Made by a program: the position numbers and the translations under genes. 64,000 nt of DNA, from positions 13,888,001 through 13,952,000 of the forward strand of contig NC_043013.1 in assembly GCF_006345805.1 (NCBI RefSeq). The letters are read 5' to 3'. The notes under the pieces were generated by a model. It did no database searches. It was not told the DNA's origin and was given only the letters and a program-made list of their open reading frames with translations. How positions within the stretch are numbered: position 1 is the stretch's first letter; each line of letters begins with the position of its first letter. Positions 24,571-38,088 of the stretch are shown here, piece after piece. Source of the stretch: Octopus sinensis. Taxonomy: Eukaryota.

Positions 24571-24864
24571 CACATATCTATGATATTATTATTTACTCTT
24601 GCTTACTTCAATTCATGCTTATAATAATTAAAATAATTTAAATGAACTTATAAGCTTGTCCTGCCTTGGTTATGTTTTCCTCTTCCTTTAATTCATACCC
24701 TCTGACTTGGAAGTAGGCTACAGACCCCCAACTCCTGCACCTGTTGTGAATTTGGATCCTAGTATCTTATCAGCTGGAACACTCATATAGCTTACCAATT
24801 AGTTTAGATCATCTGTGGTCTGAACCCTTCCTATTCTGTATATATATGTATATATACAAGTACA

Positions 24865-25190
24865 TGTGAAAATTTCTGAGAGATTTCATCAAAAGAACCT
24901 CAAACATATCTTGGGAGTCAAGTGAGAATGTTTCATACCAGATACCAGATGTATGAATGTTGTAGCTCAATTGAACACGATGTTATCTTAGCTCAAATGA
25001 GATGGATTTCACATGTTATTAGAAAGAAAGATGAGCAATTGCCAAAGCTTCTTTTTTATGGTGAACTCAATCTGGTAAGTGACCACAACATAAGCTGTGG
25101 AAAAGGTATAAAGACTATGTCAAGGATAACCTGAAGAAACTAGATATGAACAAAAGTGATTGGGAAACTGATGCTCTAGCTTGAAACAAG
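24865..25190 (+). mobile_element. BovB-like RTE C-terminal fragment
   Basis: ERFHQ...ILG...AQMRWISHVIRKKDEQLPKLLFYGEL...YKDYVKDNLKKL...WE. Confidence 0.7.
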
Positions 25191-25609
25191 AGGAGATCCT
25201 TTGAGAGGGGAGGTGGCATTGGAGGAGGTGATCTTGTGTCAGATGGTGAAAGGTTTGACTGTGACAGAGAGACAGCAATAGCTGTCTTGCTGTAGAGGAG
25301 ATACATGGTTAACCACTCCAAGGGATAATGCAAGAGGAAGAAAGAGTGGAGGAGAGCAAGAAAAAGTGGGAGAGTAGAAGAGAGCAGGAAAGAGGTGGTG
25401 GTGAAGTGCCAGGGAAGACTCACAAGGAACAGGGACCAGAATATAAATGGGATGGTTGAGAAGAGCCAGGGTGAGTCTAGAGATGACAAAGTGGAATACC
25501 CTCAAGATATCACTTTATTTCACAGGTACCATCCACTCTCAGTGATCAGCTGTTTTCATTCATACGCATCACATGTCCAAACCAATATACACTTCTTTAA
25601 TCTCTCCCT

Positions 25610-25960
25610 CGGCAGTATTGCCCAACATTTCCATTTAAGTCACCAGCAGTGATAATCTGGTCCTCAGCCTTATTGTACAATATGTCCATGAAAATAACCA
25701 GCAGTGAAAATCTAGTTCTCATCAGTATTGGCCAACATGTCCATTAAAATCACCAACTGTGAAACTCTTGTCTTCAGCATTATTACCCCACTTCTTCATT
25801 AAAATCACCAGTTGCAATAATCTGATCCTCAGCTGTATTGCCCAACATGTTCACTAAAATTATCAGCTATGATAATTTGGTCCACAGTAGCCTTGCTCAG
25901 CATTACCATTAATATTACCATCTGTCAGAATCTGGTCCTTGGCATTTCTTAGCAGCATGT
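25610..25960. repeat. Degenerate 55-bp minisatellite (~6 units)
   Basis: CACCAG-like anchor recurs at 25641, 25696, 25751, 25806, 25861 and 25916. Confidence 0.75.
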
Positions 25961-26349
25961 TAGTCTGTTGGAGGGTCTTCTAAAATGTACCCTGTTTATC
26001 TGTCAGTCTTGAGTGAGGTGTTATTATTATTGTTTTGTATATAATTAATTTAACTTTACTTATTTTATCATACTCTCTGATCACCTCAGTTATCTTATCT
26101 ATCCGTATCTCTGTTAAATGTTTTCCAATTCCAGTCACTCAGAAAAATCTAAACTTTTGCTCATTATTTATGAGGTATCTGACTAAGAATTCTGTCCATC
26201 TTGATTTTTGAATTCCAGCCAACATCTGCTTGTTAGTATTCAGCATCCCCAATCTCGCTACACCTACCTGTTATTGTACTGACTTTAAATAGTGGCAACC
26301 CTGAAGACTAGAGCCTGACAAGGAGAGGGAATGGCTTCAGTCATCATGA

Positions 26350-27240
26350 TCATTTTGCATTGCTTACTATGCTGGCTTATGTTGGACAGCCCGTCATGGC
26401 CTAAATCAGTTCTTATTTTGAGTTACCATATTTTCCAGCATATAAGATCTTTTGTTTTATTTTAAACATATCAAAAGATGTCCTGCATCTTATATGGCCA
26501 TATTACAGATGGAAGACCAAGTGTTGTAGTGTGGGGAACTGGATAAGCATAAATCCAGTTAGCCCAATAATTGTTTCCAATAATATAATATTGGAAACAA
26601 GCCAAATTATCATAGTGTGTTAGCACAAAGTTACGAATAATTGCTGACAGGAGGTCTCATCATCTCATTATACCTCTTTCCCAAGAATACATAACCCACA
26701 CCTGACATGTATCTTACATAATTTAAAAACTGTTTTACATTTAAGGAACGTTTTTTTAATTATCTAAATGAAACTTCTCGAAGAAAGTTGAAAGGAATAT
26801 TAACCTTTGTTCCACTGGTCAGCTATTTACAGTGAGTGGATGGAAACAAATCTATAGTGGTCACCAATCATGGTAACAAAAATCACCATAACCTAAAATA
26901 TATGTTTCATATGTCAGGTAATTCTGTACGGCAGTTCTCTTGACCAAAATGAAAACAACTACTCAGTTGATCCGAAAGAAGTGTGGAGTGCAAATATGGT
27001 ATTCATATAGCGTAGTTCATATATGATAAACTTATGGTTTCATACCATAGTCTAGTAAACTGTCACAGCATTGTATTCATATGCACAGAATCATAGTTTT
27101 CCCCAAACAAAAACCACTTTAAAATATCTTTCTGTAAGTGTATGATGAAACATACGGAATTTGTTTGTTTTTTATCAAAATATACTTGTAAAGTAGGGGT
27201 GTGTCTTATGCGAGAGTGCATGTTATATGCTGGTAGATGC
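26350..27240 (+). pseudogene. Heavily decayed piggyBac-like transposase remnant
   Basis: Collinear motifs across frames: MLAYVG/RHGLNQF (cf. MVPYFGRHGCKQF), FKNCFTF (cf. FDNFFTS), VDGNKSIVVTNHG (cf. WxDNxxVxxxS), and terminal CKCMMKHTEFVC...CKVGVCLMRECMLY. No TIRs identified. Confidence 0.5.
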
Positions 27241-27887
27241 AGTACATAGAGGTTGTTGGTAAAGAGGTAAAATGGAAAAGTAGCATAAGTGATGTGATGG
27301 GCAAGTGAAAGTGAGTGGTGAAACAAAGTGATACAGAAAGAGAAATGGAAGTGTAAAAACACTTAATGTTATAGAAGAGTAATGTAGGAGTGAGTAAATG
27401 AGAGAGAAAGAGAGAGGGTGGACTGAAAGCTAGTAATAAAGATATATGAGGGTAAGAGAGAGAGAAAATAATGTATGTCACTGTATATTGAGTAAAATCG
27501 CCACTCAAGCACACAGACAAAATTTTATGTTCACTTTCCATGCTGGCATAGGTTGAACTGATCGCTGTCCACATTAACTCTTATTTCAAGATACTACTTA
27601 TTGAGAGAGGTGAAGGACCACATCTTGCTTATATGCTCTATTTTTGGTTTGGTTTCCACAGTTAAACATCCTTCCTAACAGCAACTACTTTTCAGTGAGT
27701 ACGGGAAGCACTTTATCCTGGCACCACAACAACAGAGATAGTTATGACCTGAAGAAGGGTAAAGAGTCCTCTCAACTCCATATCTCTGTCCATTCATCAA
27801 CTACTCTAGAAAGTATTCATTTACTGAACACTACATGGCTGAGAAGATGAATGGAAGTGACAGCAATGGTAGAAGAAGAACCAAGAT

Positions 27888-27888
<1 letters not shown>

Positions 27889-27922
<34 letters not shown>
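27889..27922. repeat. (GA)n microsatellite
   Basis: Seen directly. Confidence 0.95.
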
Positions 27923-27923
<1 letters not shown>

Positions 27924-28515
27924 AATGTGTGATGGCAGAAAGAGAGTTTGGTAGAAAGTGTGAGAAAGTAATTGATAGTGGTAGACATGGATAAATGGTA
28001 GGAATGAATGATGGTAAAGGAAGTTTATTAGGAGTAATGTATGCCTGCTAATCTATGTATATCTCATACAAATTGTGATTCAATCTTTATGTAAATAAAA
28101 TTAATTTTAACATAAACAAAAATTTATTGTTTTCAAAGTGGTCTGTTAGTCACAATGCAATACATGTCAACCTAATTATATATTTTCAGAAAGTTGTTTG
28201 AGAAGTCCATTTGTAAAACAGCCATATGTAACATTTCTCAGAGTGTTTTGCAATCAGGTAGCCTTATCAAAAGGCTTTCATTATTTAGTTTTATATCTCA
28301 CTCAGCAATTTTTGATGCATTGTTTGATGAAACTTCAGCACCTATACTGGTTTTAGGCCTACCTCTCCATATTAACCAAGTACATATTAGACAGGGTACT
28401 CCCTCGATTAAAGGATTAGCCTACATTTTGGCACCTTCTGCTTCTTACTCTCTGAAAATGATTGCATGGATTTAATGTTTTAACTAACAGTATTTACTTT
28501 TTTTGATTCTTGCAG

Positions 28516-28533
28516 ATTTTAGTCAGAGACTTC
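28516..28533 (+). CDS. Probable 18-nt TRPM microexon (ILVRDF), S2-S3 linker
   Basis: T-rich tract plus TTGCAG acceptor and GTAAGT donor; phase 0 fits after EEIHQ. Too short to confirm by homology. Confidence 0.5.
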
Positions 28534-28799
28534 GTAAGTATTAATCCTTTTAAAATCTGATCCCATCATAAATGGTCGTATGTATATTTACATAATATAT
28601 AAAAAGCTATAAGGTAAACTTACAAGTATGTGTTCTTAGTTGATGCATACTTTAAACTATAATGTGAAACAGAGTTCATAAGTTTAAGCTTCTTTTCTTA
28701 TATCTTTGTTATCAGAAAAGATATTTGACCAACTTCAACATTTGATAACACTTCATCAAAGAGGTTTTACTACTTTACTTAACCACTAAGAATACTCTC

Positions 28800-29193
28800 T
28801 TTTGCTCTTTTACTTGTTTCAGTCATCTGACTGTGGCCATGCTGGAGCGCTACCTTTAGTCGAGCAAATTGACCCCAGGACTTATTCTTTGTAAGCCTAG
28901 TGCTTACTCTATCAGTCTCTTTTGCCAAACTGCTAAATTACGGGGGTGTAAACACACCAGCATCGGTTGTCAAGCGATGTTGGGGGAACAAACATAGACA
29001 CACAAACATATACACGCACATACATATATATATACATATATATATACATATATACGACGGGCTTCTTTCAGTTTCCATCTACCAAATCAAATTCACAAGC
29101 TTTGGTCGGCCCAAGGCTATAGTAGAAGACACTTGCCCATAGTGTCACACAGTGGGAATGAACCCAGAACCATGTGGTTGGTAAGCAAGCTAC
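28800..29193 (-). mobile_element. CORE-like tRNA-derived SINE (family C) with internal AT/AC tract
   Basis: Minus strand: AGTAGCTTGCTTACCAACCACATGGTTCTGGGTTCATTCCCAC head, GGGCAAGTGTCTTCTACTATAGCC CORE-like block, and CCAGCATGGCCACAG...CTGAAAC tail. Confidence 0.8.
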
Positions 29194-31263
29194 TTTATTT
29201 CAATAAATTTGCCATGTAGGCATAATACAGAAGGGGACAAACAAGGACAGACAAACATAGAATGGTGAAGTTGCTTAAAGCGTTGTTATGAATCGATTAA
29301 AAAAATGAAAAAAGTGAAAAATTAAAAATAAAATAAAATACATGGCGTTATGCAATGTGACACCGAAGGAAAGGCATCTGACATCCGCTTTTCTTCCAGG
29401 GCTCCACTTACTTGGTGCCAATCACTCCCAGCTTTCTTACCACAGGCTTCCATCTCTTCTTGAATTTCTTACATGACTGGTACTGCTTCTCCAGCCTGAT
29501 CTTGCTGCTGAGGTGGTAACTAAAAAAGTTGACCAACCTCTGGCTGGATACAAAGGTACCCGTCACAATCCCTTTCACATGTGTCTTCCATACCGTTTCT
29601 TTTAAATTGGCTACCACACAGTAAAAACAGGCCTTCCTTTCCCCGCTAAGGGAAGAAGGCGGCACAATCTCGATAATGGACTCAGCTGATAGTTGTACTC
29701 TTCCCATCGATGACAACAGTTGTTCTGTGAAAACTATCAATCCCGATAATTCCGGACATCCCGCGAATGCGTGCAAGATGGTTTCCCTGTCCTGCCTACA
29801 CCTCGGACATGACGGCAAGACAGCACTTCCATGCCTTGACAGCTTATCACAAACTGGTAACACTACACAGAAGCACTGCCAAGCTAGGGATTTCTGGTAA
29901 TTATCCTCCTGAACAGGTTGATCTACTGATTTTCATCATAGCCCAGGGTCTCCCCCAAGATGTCTTCAGACATGAATCCCACTAACTTGCTATAAATATC
30001 CGCGGTGGAACTTCTGTTGCCGGCATTGCCCACCCGAGAGAGTAGCTAAAGTGCCTGTCGGCATTCCAGTTGCCAATCCTCCAGCCTAGGTCTCTGCTTG
30101 ATTCATGTACCAATGTCCGTTAAGGATGTTAACCTCGGAAGGTAGAACCAGACATGCGGTGACCACACCTGCTCTCCATCCAGTTAAAGCCAGAGGTGCC
30201 TCAGCCTTAACGCAAATTTTCGCATCCTCAGCCAAGGTATCCCTAGCCCACCCTTTAGTGGCTTCTGGTAACAGACAGTGCTTCACAAGAGGCTTTTCTC
30301 CTTTCCACAGAAAGTGGAAAAGAATTCTCTCCAACTTGTTCAGCCACAAATCAGGGCAAGGCACCATGGTCAGACGGTAGGTGATAACAGATGCTATAAA
30401 CATCTGCACTACCTCTGCTTTCCCTAGCAAGGATAACGCCTGCCCAGATGAGGTTTGGGTTATTGCAGTCACTTTACTGGCTACCTCACTCCAATTTTTC
30501 TCTATCTGGCGGTTTGGTCCAAACCAGACCCAAGCAGCTTAACAGGACCTTCCATCCAACACCCTCCAACGTTATTGGACGTCATCAGCTTGCCTCTCCA
30601 AGTGCCAAGTTGCAAACCGACCGACTTGTCCTTGTTCCTGCCATCACTTCATAACTTTTGATTGCCTCCACCACTGGAAGCTGGCTCTCATACACCACAA
30701 TGATGGAGATATCATCCACATATGCCGTAGCTCCACCTCTGCACCAGAGATCATTTGGTGCACCTCCTAGTGCTTCCAACTTCTGCAGCAATTGCTCAAG
30801 AGCCAGTACATACAAAAGCGGAGACAGGGGACACCCCGGACACACTGAGAGTTCGATCCTGAATGGTTTCGAGAAGAATCTATTTACTTTGACTGCAGAC
30901 TCGATGTCACTGTATAAAGCAGCAATCCAACCACGGATGGTCGGGCCTAGGCCAGCCTTTTTGAGGACTGCCGCCAAGTACTGATGGTTGACCCTATCAA
31001 ACAAGTCTGTCCATAACCCGCGCCAACCTTTTTGCTAATGCCTTGGCCAAAATCTTTAACTCTGTGTTTAGCAGGGTTTTGGTCCAGAAGTGACTAATCT
31101 CATCCTCCTTGCTCGGGTCCTTTCTCATCAGCGTCACCACCCATTGGCTTGCAGACTTGGGAATTCTTCCATTCTACTACCAATTGGCGTAAACGCTGGC
31201 CAGCAGGTGCCTGAAGAAGTCTGGAATACTATTATTAAATTCATAGGCTAAACCATCAAGACC
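29194..31263 (-). mobile_element. 5'-truncated Tx1/L1-like LINE, degenerate
   Basis: GLDGL, FDRVNHQYL, GCPLSPLLYVLALE, YVDD, C-terminal CPRC...ETILHAF...C knuckle; AATAAA-type 3' end at ~29200. Confidence 0.85.
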
Positions 31264-31443
31264 CTGAGGAGTGAAAAATGCATACCACTGCACTGATTAG
31301 GAAATCACAGTGTGATATGCAGCTGAATTCTGTTTTTAAATGACTTGCTTCGAGAGTTGGTTTCGGTACGATATGTTTATTTATTTTAGTAGTTTTGACA
31401 TTAAGAGTCCCTCCTAGCATGTGGCATTTATGTGTAATAATGT
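31264..31443 (+). repeat. Direct repeat copy 1 (5'-clipped) with a hammerhead motif
   Basis: Matches 31789-31960 by eye; CTGAGGA at 31264 and GAAATCACAGTGTGATA at 31301. Confidence 0.8.
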
Positions 31444-31456
31444 CATATATATATAA

Positions 31457-31497
<41 letters not shown>

Positions 31498-31781
31498 AGT
31501 GGAAAAATGATGGATTATTTCTCTTATGAGGTTTTTCATGCTAACTACTTCATAAATTCTTATGAAGATTTTATCCTATTTTTAAATTGTAAATTTAACC
31601 ACAGTATATTCAATACTGAATTTTTATTCCGAATAAGCACGTTGTTACCGAAATGCAATTCGAAAAAGCTCGCCATTTACATAGATGTATAAGGGCTGAA
31701 AATTTCTACATGGTGCGTTGGATATGACAGTTGTTCGCCTGGTATGTTGTTTTTGTTCATTCATTATAAATCCTGAATTAT

Positions 31782-31847
31782 GCTTGCACTGAGGAGTGAA
31801 AGTGCACATCACTGCACTGATTACGAAATCACAGTGTGATATGCAGC
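31782..31847 (+). ncRNA. Type I hammerhead ribozyme motif (family 1)
   Basis: TGCA-CTGAGGA-GTGA..TTAC-GAAA-TCACAGTGTGA-TA|TGCA. Stems I, II and III all pair; AUA cleavage triplet. Folded by eye. Confidence 0.7.
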
Positions 31848-31965
31848 TGAATTCTGTTTTTAGATTACTTGCTTCGAGAGTTGGTTTCGGTACGATATAT
31901 TTTAGTAGTTTTGACTTTATGAGTCCCTCCTAGCATGTGGCATTTATGTGTAATAATGCACTCTA

Positions 31966-33700
<1,735 letters not shown>

Positions 33701-36370
33701 TACTACAAAATTAGAAAATGGAGAAACATACTTAAATCAATAAAACATCAACTATCAGATGATACCCAATCAATACTTTATTACACCATTACATATCATA
33801 AAAATTGACATCCTCTCAAAAGGGCTCAAATTTACACCAACTCCACGCAGAGCCAACCTAAATGAAATCAAGGATAATATAACAGAATTTTGCAGAAAAT
33901 TAAGACTAGCAGAAGCATCAACCAGTTTCAATACTGAAGATGAATCACTAGTCAAGAACAAAAGTGAACACATCCCACACAGAGGAAGAAATAAAGATCT
34001 TGACGAATTCTGCAACCACATTGAGAACTTTCCCTACCATACTATACATAAACAGAAAGCTAACTCAAATTTTAACACTACACAATGGAAAGAACTGATA
34101 GAACTTCAAAATGATGAAGATATAACAATTAAGGAAGCAGACAAGGGAAATGCAGTTGTAATAATGGATACATCATACTACTGAAATCTTGTAATTTCCT
34201 TGCTTGATGACGACCTACATTATGAAAAAATTACCAACTACACCCCGCAAAAAATAATGAAAACTCTATCTTCACTAATTAAAACCCATGAAAAGGAACT
34301 GACAACCAAAGAGATTGACTTCCTAACAAACTTTAAATGCAAACCTAGCCTTTTCTATGGTCTGCCAAAAGTTCATAAAAGTCAAATTATAAATGAAGCC
34401 ATTAAAAAATCATCAAAGACATACACACACCTAACCCGGGGGACCTAAAACTACGACCCATTGTAGCTGGCCCAACCTGTGAAACACACAGACTAAGTCT
34501 ACTTATGGACATCCTCCTGAAACCCTTCCTTAAACATATCGATAGCCATATCAGAGATGACTTAGATATGTTAAACCACCTTCCAAAAAAAACCAAGGAA
34601 GAAACAATCCTGGTTTCATTTGATGTAGTTAACTTGTATACCAGTATACCTCATAATTATGGACTGGAGGCAATACAGTTCTGGTTAGAACAATTTCCGG
34701 AAGAAATACCAAAAAGGATCAGTAAAGAATTCATTACTAAATCAATTGAATTCATCCTACACAATAACCACTTCATGTTTGACAATACATTTTACCGTCA
34801 AAAATCCGGAATTGCTATGGGTACAAGGGCAGCACCAGTCATTGCGAACTTAACAATGGGATACATGGACATAATCATTTACCAGGAATCTTTATCAATC
34901 TTTGGAAACCCCCTCTCTCAATACATAAAAGAGAATTGGAAACGATTCTTAGACGATTGTTTTATTCTCTGGAATGAAAACACAGATAAACTCCTAAAAT
35001 TTAAAAACCTATTGAACAGCATAAACCCAAATATACAGTTCACAATGGAATACAACCAAAAGGAGCTCCCGTTCTTGGATATACTAATTAAAAAAATTAA
35101 CCTTAAAATAGAAACAGACATTTTTTACAAAGCCACAGACGCCAAACAATACCTTCTTTTTAATTCATGCCACCCAAGACACACTAAAACAAACATCCCC
35201 TTCAACCTTGCAAGAAGGATATGCACAATAGTGTCAGAACAAAATAACAGGAACTTTAGACTGCAAGAACTCAAAAACACCCTAATTGACAGACATTACC
35301 CAGCTCAACTCATAGAAGATGAGATCAGACGTGCAACAGAAATCAACATAGAAACTTTAAGAAAAGTTCAACACAACAACACACCTTCCCCGAAAATACT
35401 ACCTTACATATCTACATACAACCCCAGAAACAAAGAAGCCTTCACCATCATCACCCAGAATTTACCAATACTTCATAAAAACCCCAAATTAAAGGAAATT
35501 CTAAACATACACCAAATCATTAAAAGCTACAAACAGCCTAAATCACTTAAAAAGATTCTCACAAAGGCAAAATTGTCTTCTGAAATTACGGATGCAAAAG
35601 TTAAAAAATGTGATAGATCGAACTGTGCAACATGTCCTAACCTGCTAGAAGGATCAGAATTCCTCTTTAAAGAGGGACAGAAATTCAAGATCAAATCTAA
35701 CTTTACTTGTGCCTCTGAAAACATAATTTATGTCATAAAATGCTCGGGCTGCCACCAAGACTATGTGGGTTCCACGGGACTATCACTCAGACGTAGATGC
35801 ACACTGCATCGACAACAGATTGCATTCCCAGAATATAGAATGATACCTTTCAGTGAGCACATTGAGAAATGCGCAAAGCAACTACTGCCACAATTTTTAA
35901 TCTTTCCATTTTACCAATGTGCTTTCGGATCATCAACACAAATGAGACTAAACAAGGAAACATCCTTCATTGAAAAGTACAAGCCCAGACTCAACCATCC
36001 GAACATACTGATACAGAAAAATTCGCAGCAAGGGAAAGGAAAAAAATTTTAAGCGATTATCTCCCTTACACCGGAAGAAATCACTCACTACCTTCCCTTA
36101 TTTAGAAATCTCCTGAAAATAAACACAACGATAACTCTATTCAATATAAACATAACGTCACTAGAAATTTGAAAAGCTACACGCGAAACCGGTCTTTCTT
36201 TTAATTTATGTCATTATAAGAGAAACAAATTTTTTTAAATTTTCTAATATTCTTCAGACATATTGAGGCAAATATATATATATTTTTTAACATTTAAGCC
36301 TTCTGTCGTTTTTTCACTCTACTATTTTCTATATATTCACCCACGTGCTTTCACAAACCAACTTTCTTAT
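33701..36370 (+). mobile_element. Penelope-like element 1 (RT + GIY-YIG), disrupted
   Basis: ILSKGLKFTP, KEADKGNAVV, LRPIVAG, FDVVNLYT, GIAMGT, RFLDDCF, CxxxxCxxC knuckle, IYVIKC...YVGST. One in-frame TGA (34182) and a frameshift at ~34440. Confidence 0.92.
34505..36052 (+). CDS. PLE1 RT C-terminal half + GIY-YIG endonuclease
   Basis: 515-aa ORF carrying the motifs listed for PLE1. Confidence 0.85.
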   Translation: MDILLKPFLKHIDSHIRDDLDMLNHLPKKTKEETILVSFDVVNLYTSIPHNYGLEAIQFWLEQFPEEIPKRISKEFITKSIEFILHNNHFMFDNTFYRQKSGIAMGTRAAPVIANLTMGYMDIIIYQESLSIFGNPLSQYIKENWKRFLDDCFILWNENTDKLLKFKNLLNSINPNIQFTMEYNQKELPFLDILIKKINLKIETDIFYKATDAKQYLLFNSCHPRHTKTNIPFNLARRICTIVSEQNNRNFRLQELKNTLIDRHYPAQLIEDEIRRATEINIETLRKVQHNNTPSPKILPYISTYNPRNKEAFTIITQNLPILHKNPKLKEILNIHQIIKSYKQPKSLKKILTKAKLSSEITDAKVKKCDRSNCATCPNLLEGSEFLFKEGQKFKIKSNFTCASENIIYVIKCSGCHQDYVGSTGLSLRRRCTLHRQQIAFPEYRMIPFSEHIEKCAKQLLPQFLIFPFYQCAFGSSTQMRLNKETSFIEKYKPRLNHPNILIQKNSQQGKGKKF

Positions 36371-36409
36371 CTATATATATATATATATATTATATATATA
36401 TATATATGA

Positions 36410-36940
36410 AATGGTTGTCTACTCTTTATGCTTCCTGCCATCTGAAGTGGCTTTTTAAACAAGACAATGTTCTGAAAAGACAACCCACATAGATTGCGTG
36501 TATTTTGTTTAGACCACCAAAAGCTGCAGATAAGTTACGACCTTTGTGGATCTTAAAATGTCTTCTGGGGCCTCCGTTAAATTTGCAAACATCCTGCTAT
36601 ACATTGAATTCGAAGGTGTTCTCAGAGATATAGGTAGAATAGTTGGTGGAAGTTCGTTTTGCATGGGTTCATAAATGAAATTTGATGCCAGCAAAGGAAA
36701 GGCAAGGTCTGTCACAAACTATGCAAACAGAAGGGTTATGGCCATTCACCTTCTTGATTGCAGCGTTATTCCTTGCGTCTCTTTTGAGTCCTGCAATCAT
36801 TATCCTGGACTCTTCAAATGCTTTTACTCCACTCCACACTTTAGTTCACCATCCAGCTTGATTCGAAGCAAAAGTTTTTTTACCCCGAGATCCATTCCAA
36901 GTGATGTCATAGTAGTCCTTATGCCGCCCTTAAACCCTTT
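36410..36940 (-). mobile_element. BovB-like RTE 3' fragment with C2H2 finger
   Basis: Minus strand: [17 protein letters not shown]...[18 protein letters not shown]-x-TH. Confidence 0.6.
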
Positions 36941-36944
36941 TTAT

Positions 36945-36992
<48 letters not shown>

Positions 36993-37337
36993 GTGTATAT
37001 ATATATGTATCTATATATATGTGTGTGTGTGTATATTTATATATATACATATATATATACGTATATATATACATTTATATACGTGTATATATATATATGT
37101 ATTTATATATATGTGTGTGTATATTTATATATAAACATATATATATATACGTATATATAAACATATATATATATACGTATATATATACATTTATATACGT
37201 GTATGTATATATATATACAGATATATATATGTATATATATACACACACATATATATATATATAATATATATATATACAGATATATATATGTATATATATG
37301 TATATATACATATATATGTATATATACATATATATAC
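36945..37337. repeat. (AT)n/(GT)n microsatellite
   Basis: Seen directly. Confidence 0.95.
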
Positions 37338-37419
37338 TGCAAATTTAGGGTGAATACTTGATAAGTGTAAGCACCTGTATACGCCAGCTAGTGGCAGAGG
37401 TGAGAGGATACATATCAAA

Positions 37420-38088
37420 TAAAATCAAAAACAGAACACAAAGGATGTTGTGGTACACATGTTTCAAGCTTTATAATGGACCTGTTCTTACATCAGTGTA
37501 TAATAGATATTAAAGATGGTTTAAAGCTCTCTTCAGCCGCATACATTGTTATTCCAAAGAGTTACATCACATTATGAAAAATATGAAAAGTACATGTTGT
37601 ATTATCCATAATAATGGATGTATCATATCTCCCCGAGAAAGTGTATTTGTAAAATTTCACAACCAAATAGTCGTGTAGGGTATCATTGGATTTTGAAAAC
37701 CCATCCATACTGTATCACCAGTCAACATAGAGTGAATGTTAAATAGATTTGAATGAGTTCATTCCCCTTGTAAGGAAATAGAAATAAAAGAAGGAAAAAT
37801 AGGGAGAACATAGGGAGAAAAAATAGATAGAGAGAAGAGACAAAAGAAAGAAAAGGGAGAAAAAAGAAGGAAGATGAGATAATAGAGAGAGAAAACGTTA
37901 AAAATAGAAACAAGGTAAGAGGACAATGTGAGTAAAGGATAAGGGTAATAAAAAAGATAATGCATGCGGCTGAAGAGAGCTTTAAACCATCTTTTATATC
38001 TATTATACACTGATGTAAGAACAGGTCGTTTATTAAGCTTGAAACACGTGTACCACGACACCCTTTGTGTTCTGTTTTTGATTTTATT
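37420..38088. mobile_element. Miniature non-coding element with ~125-bp inverted repeats carrying hammerheads
   Basis: 37420-37545 is the reverse complement of 37962-38088; both arms hold CTGAAGA...GAAACAYGTGTA. Confidence 0.7.
37966..38056 (+). ncRNA. Type I hammerhead motif (family 2); inverted copy at 37450-37540
   Basis: GCGG-CTGAAGA-GAGCTT..AAGCTT-GAAA-CACGTG-TA|CCAC; palindromic stem III, GUA site. Confidence 0.7.

Noticed and set aside
26340-27260. Possible mitochondrial insertion (cytb/COX3) or transporter pseudogene on the minus strand
   Set aside because: Only isolated 3-4 residue matches, with TAA stops even in the mitochondrial code; + strand piggyBac motifs are collinear and fit better.
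34182-34184. In-frame TGA in PLE1 as selenocysteine recoding (reported for some Naiad PLEs)
   Set aside because: The position is not a conserved Cys (YY*NLV), it is simply explained by CGA>TGA, the element also has a frameshift, and I saw no SECIS.
36163-36200. Hammerhead in the PLE1 3' region (TTGAAAA-GC..GC-GAAA-CCGGTC)
   Set aside because: The core deviates at two positions and stem I is out of register; counted only as a weak remnant.
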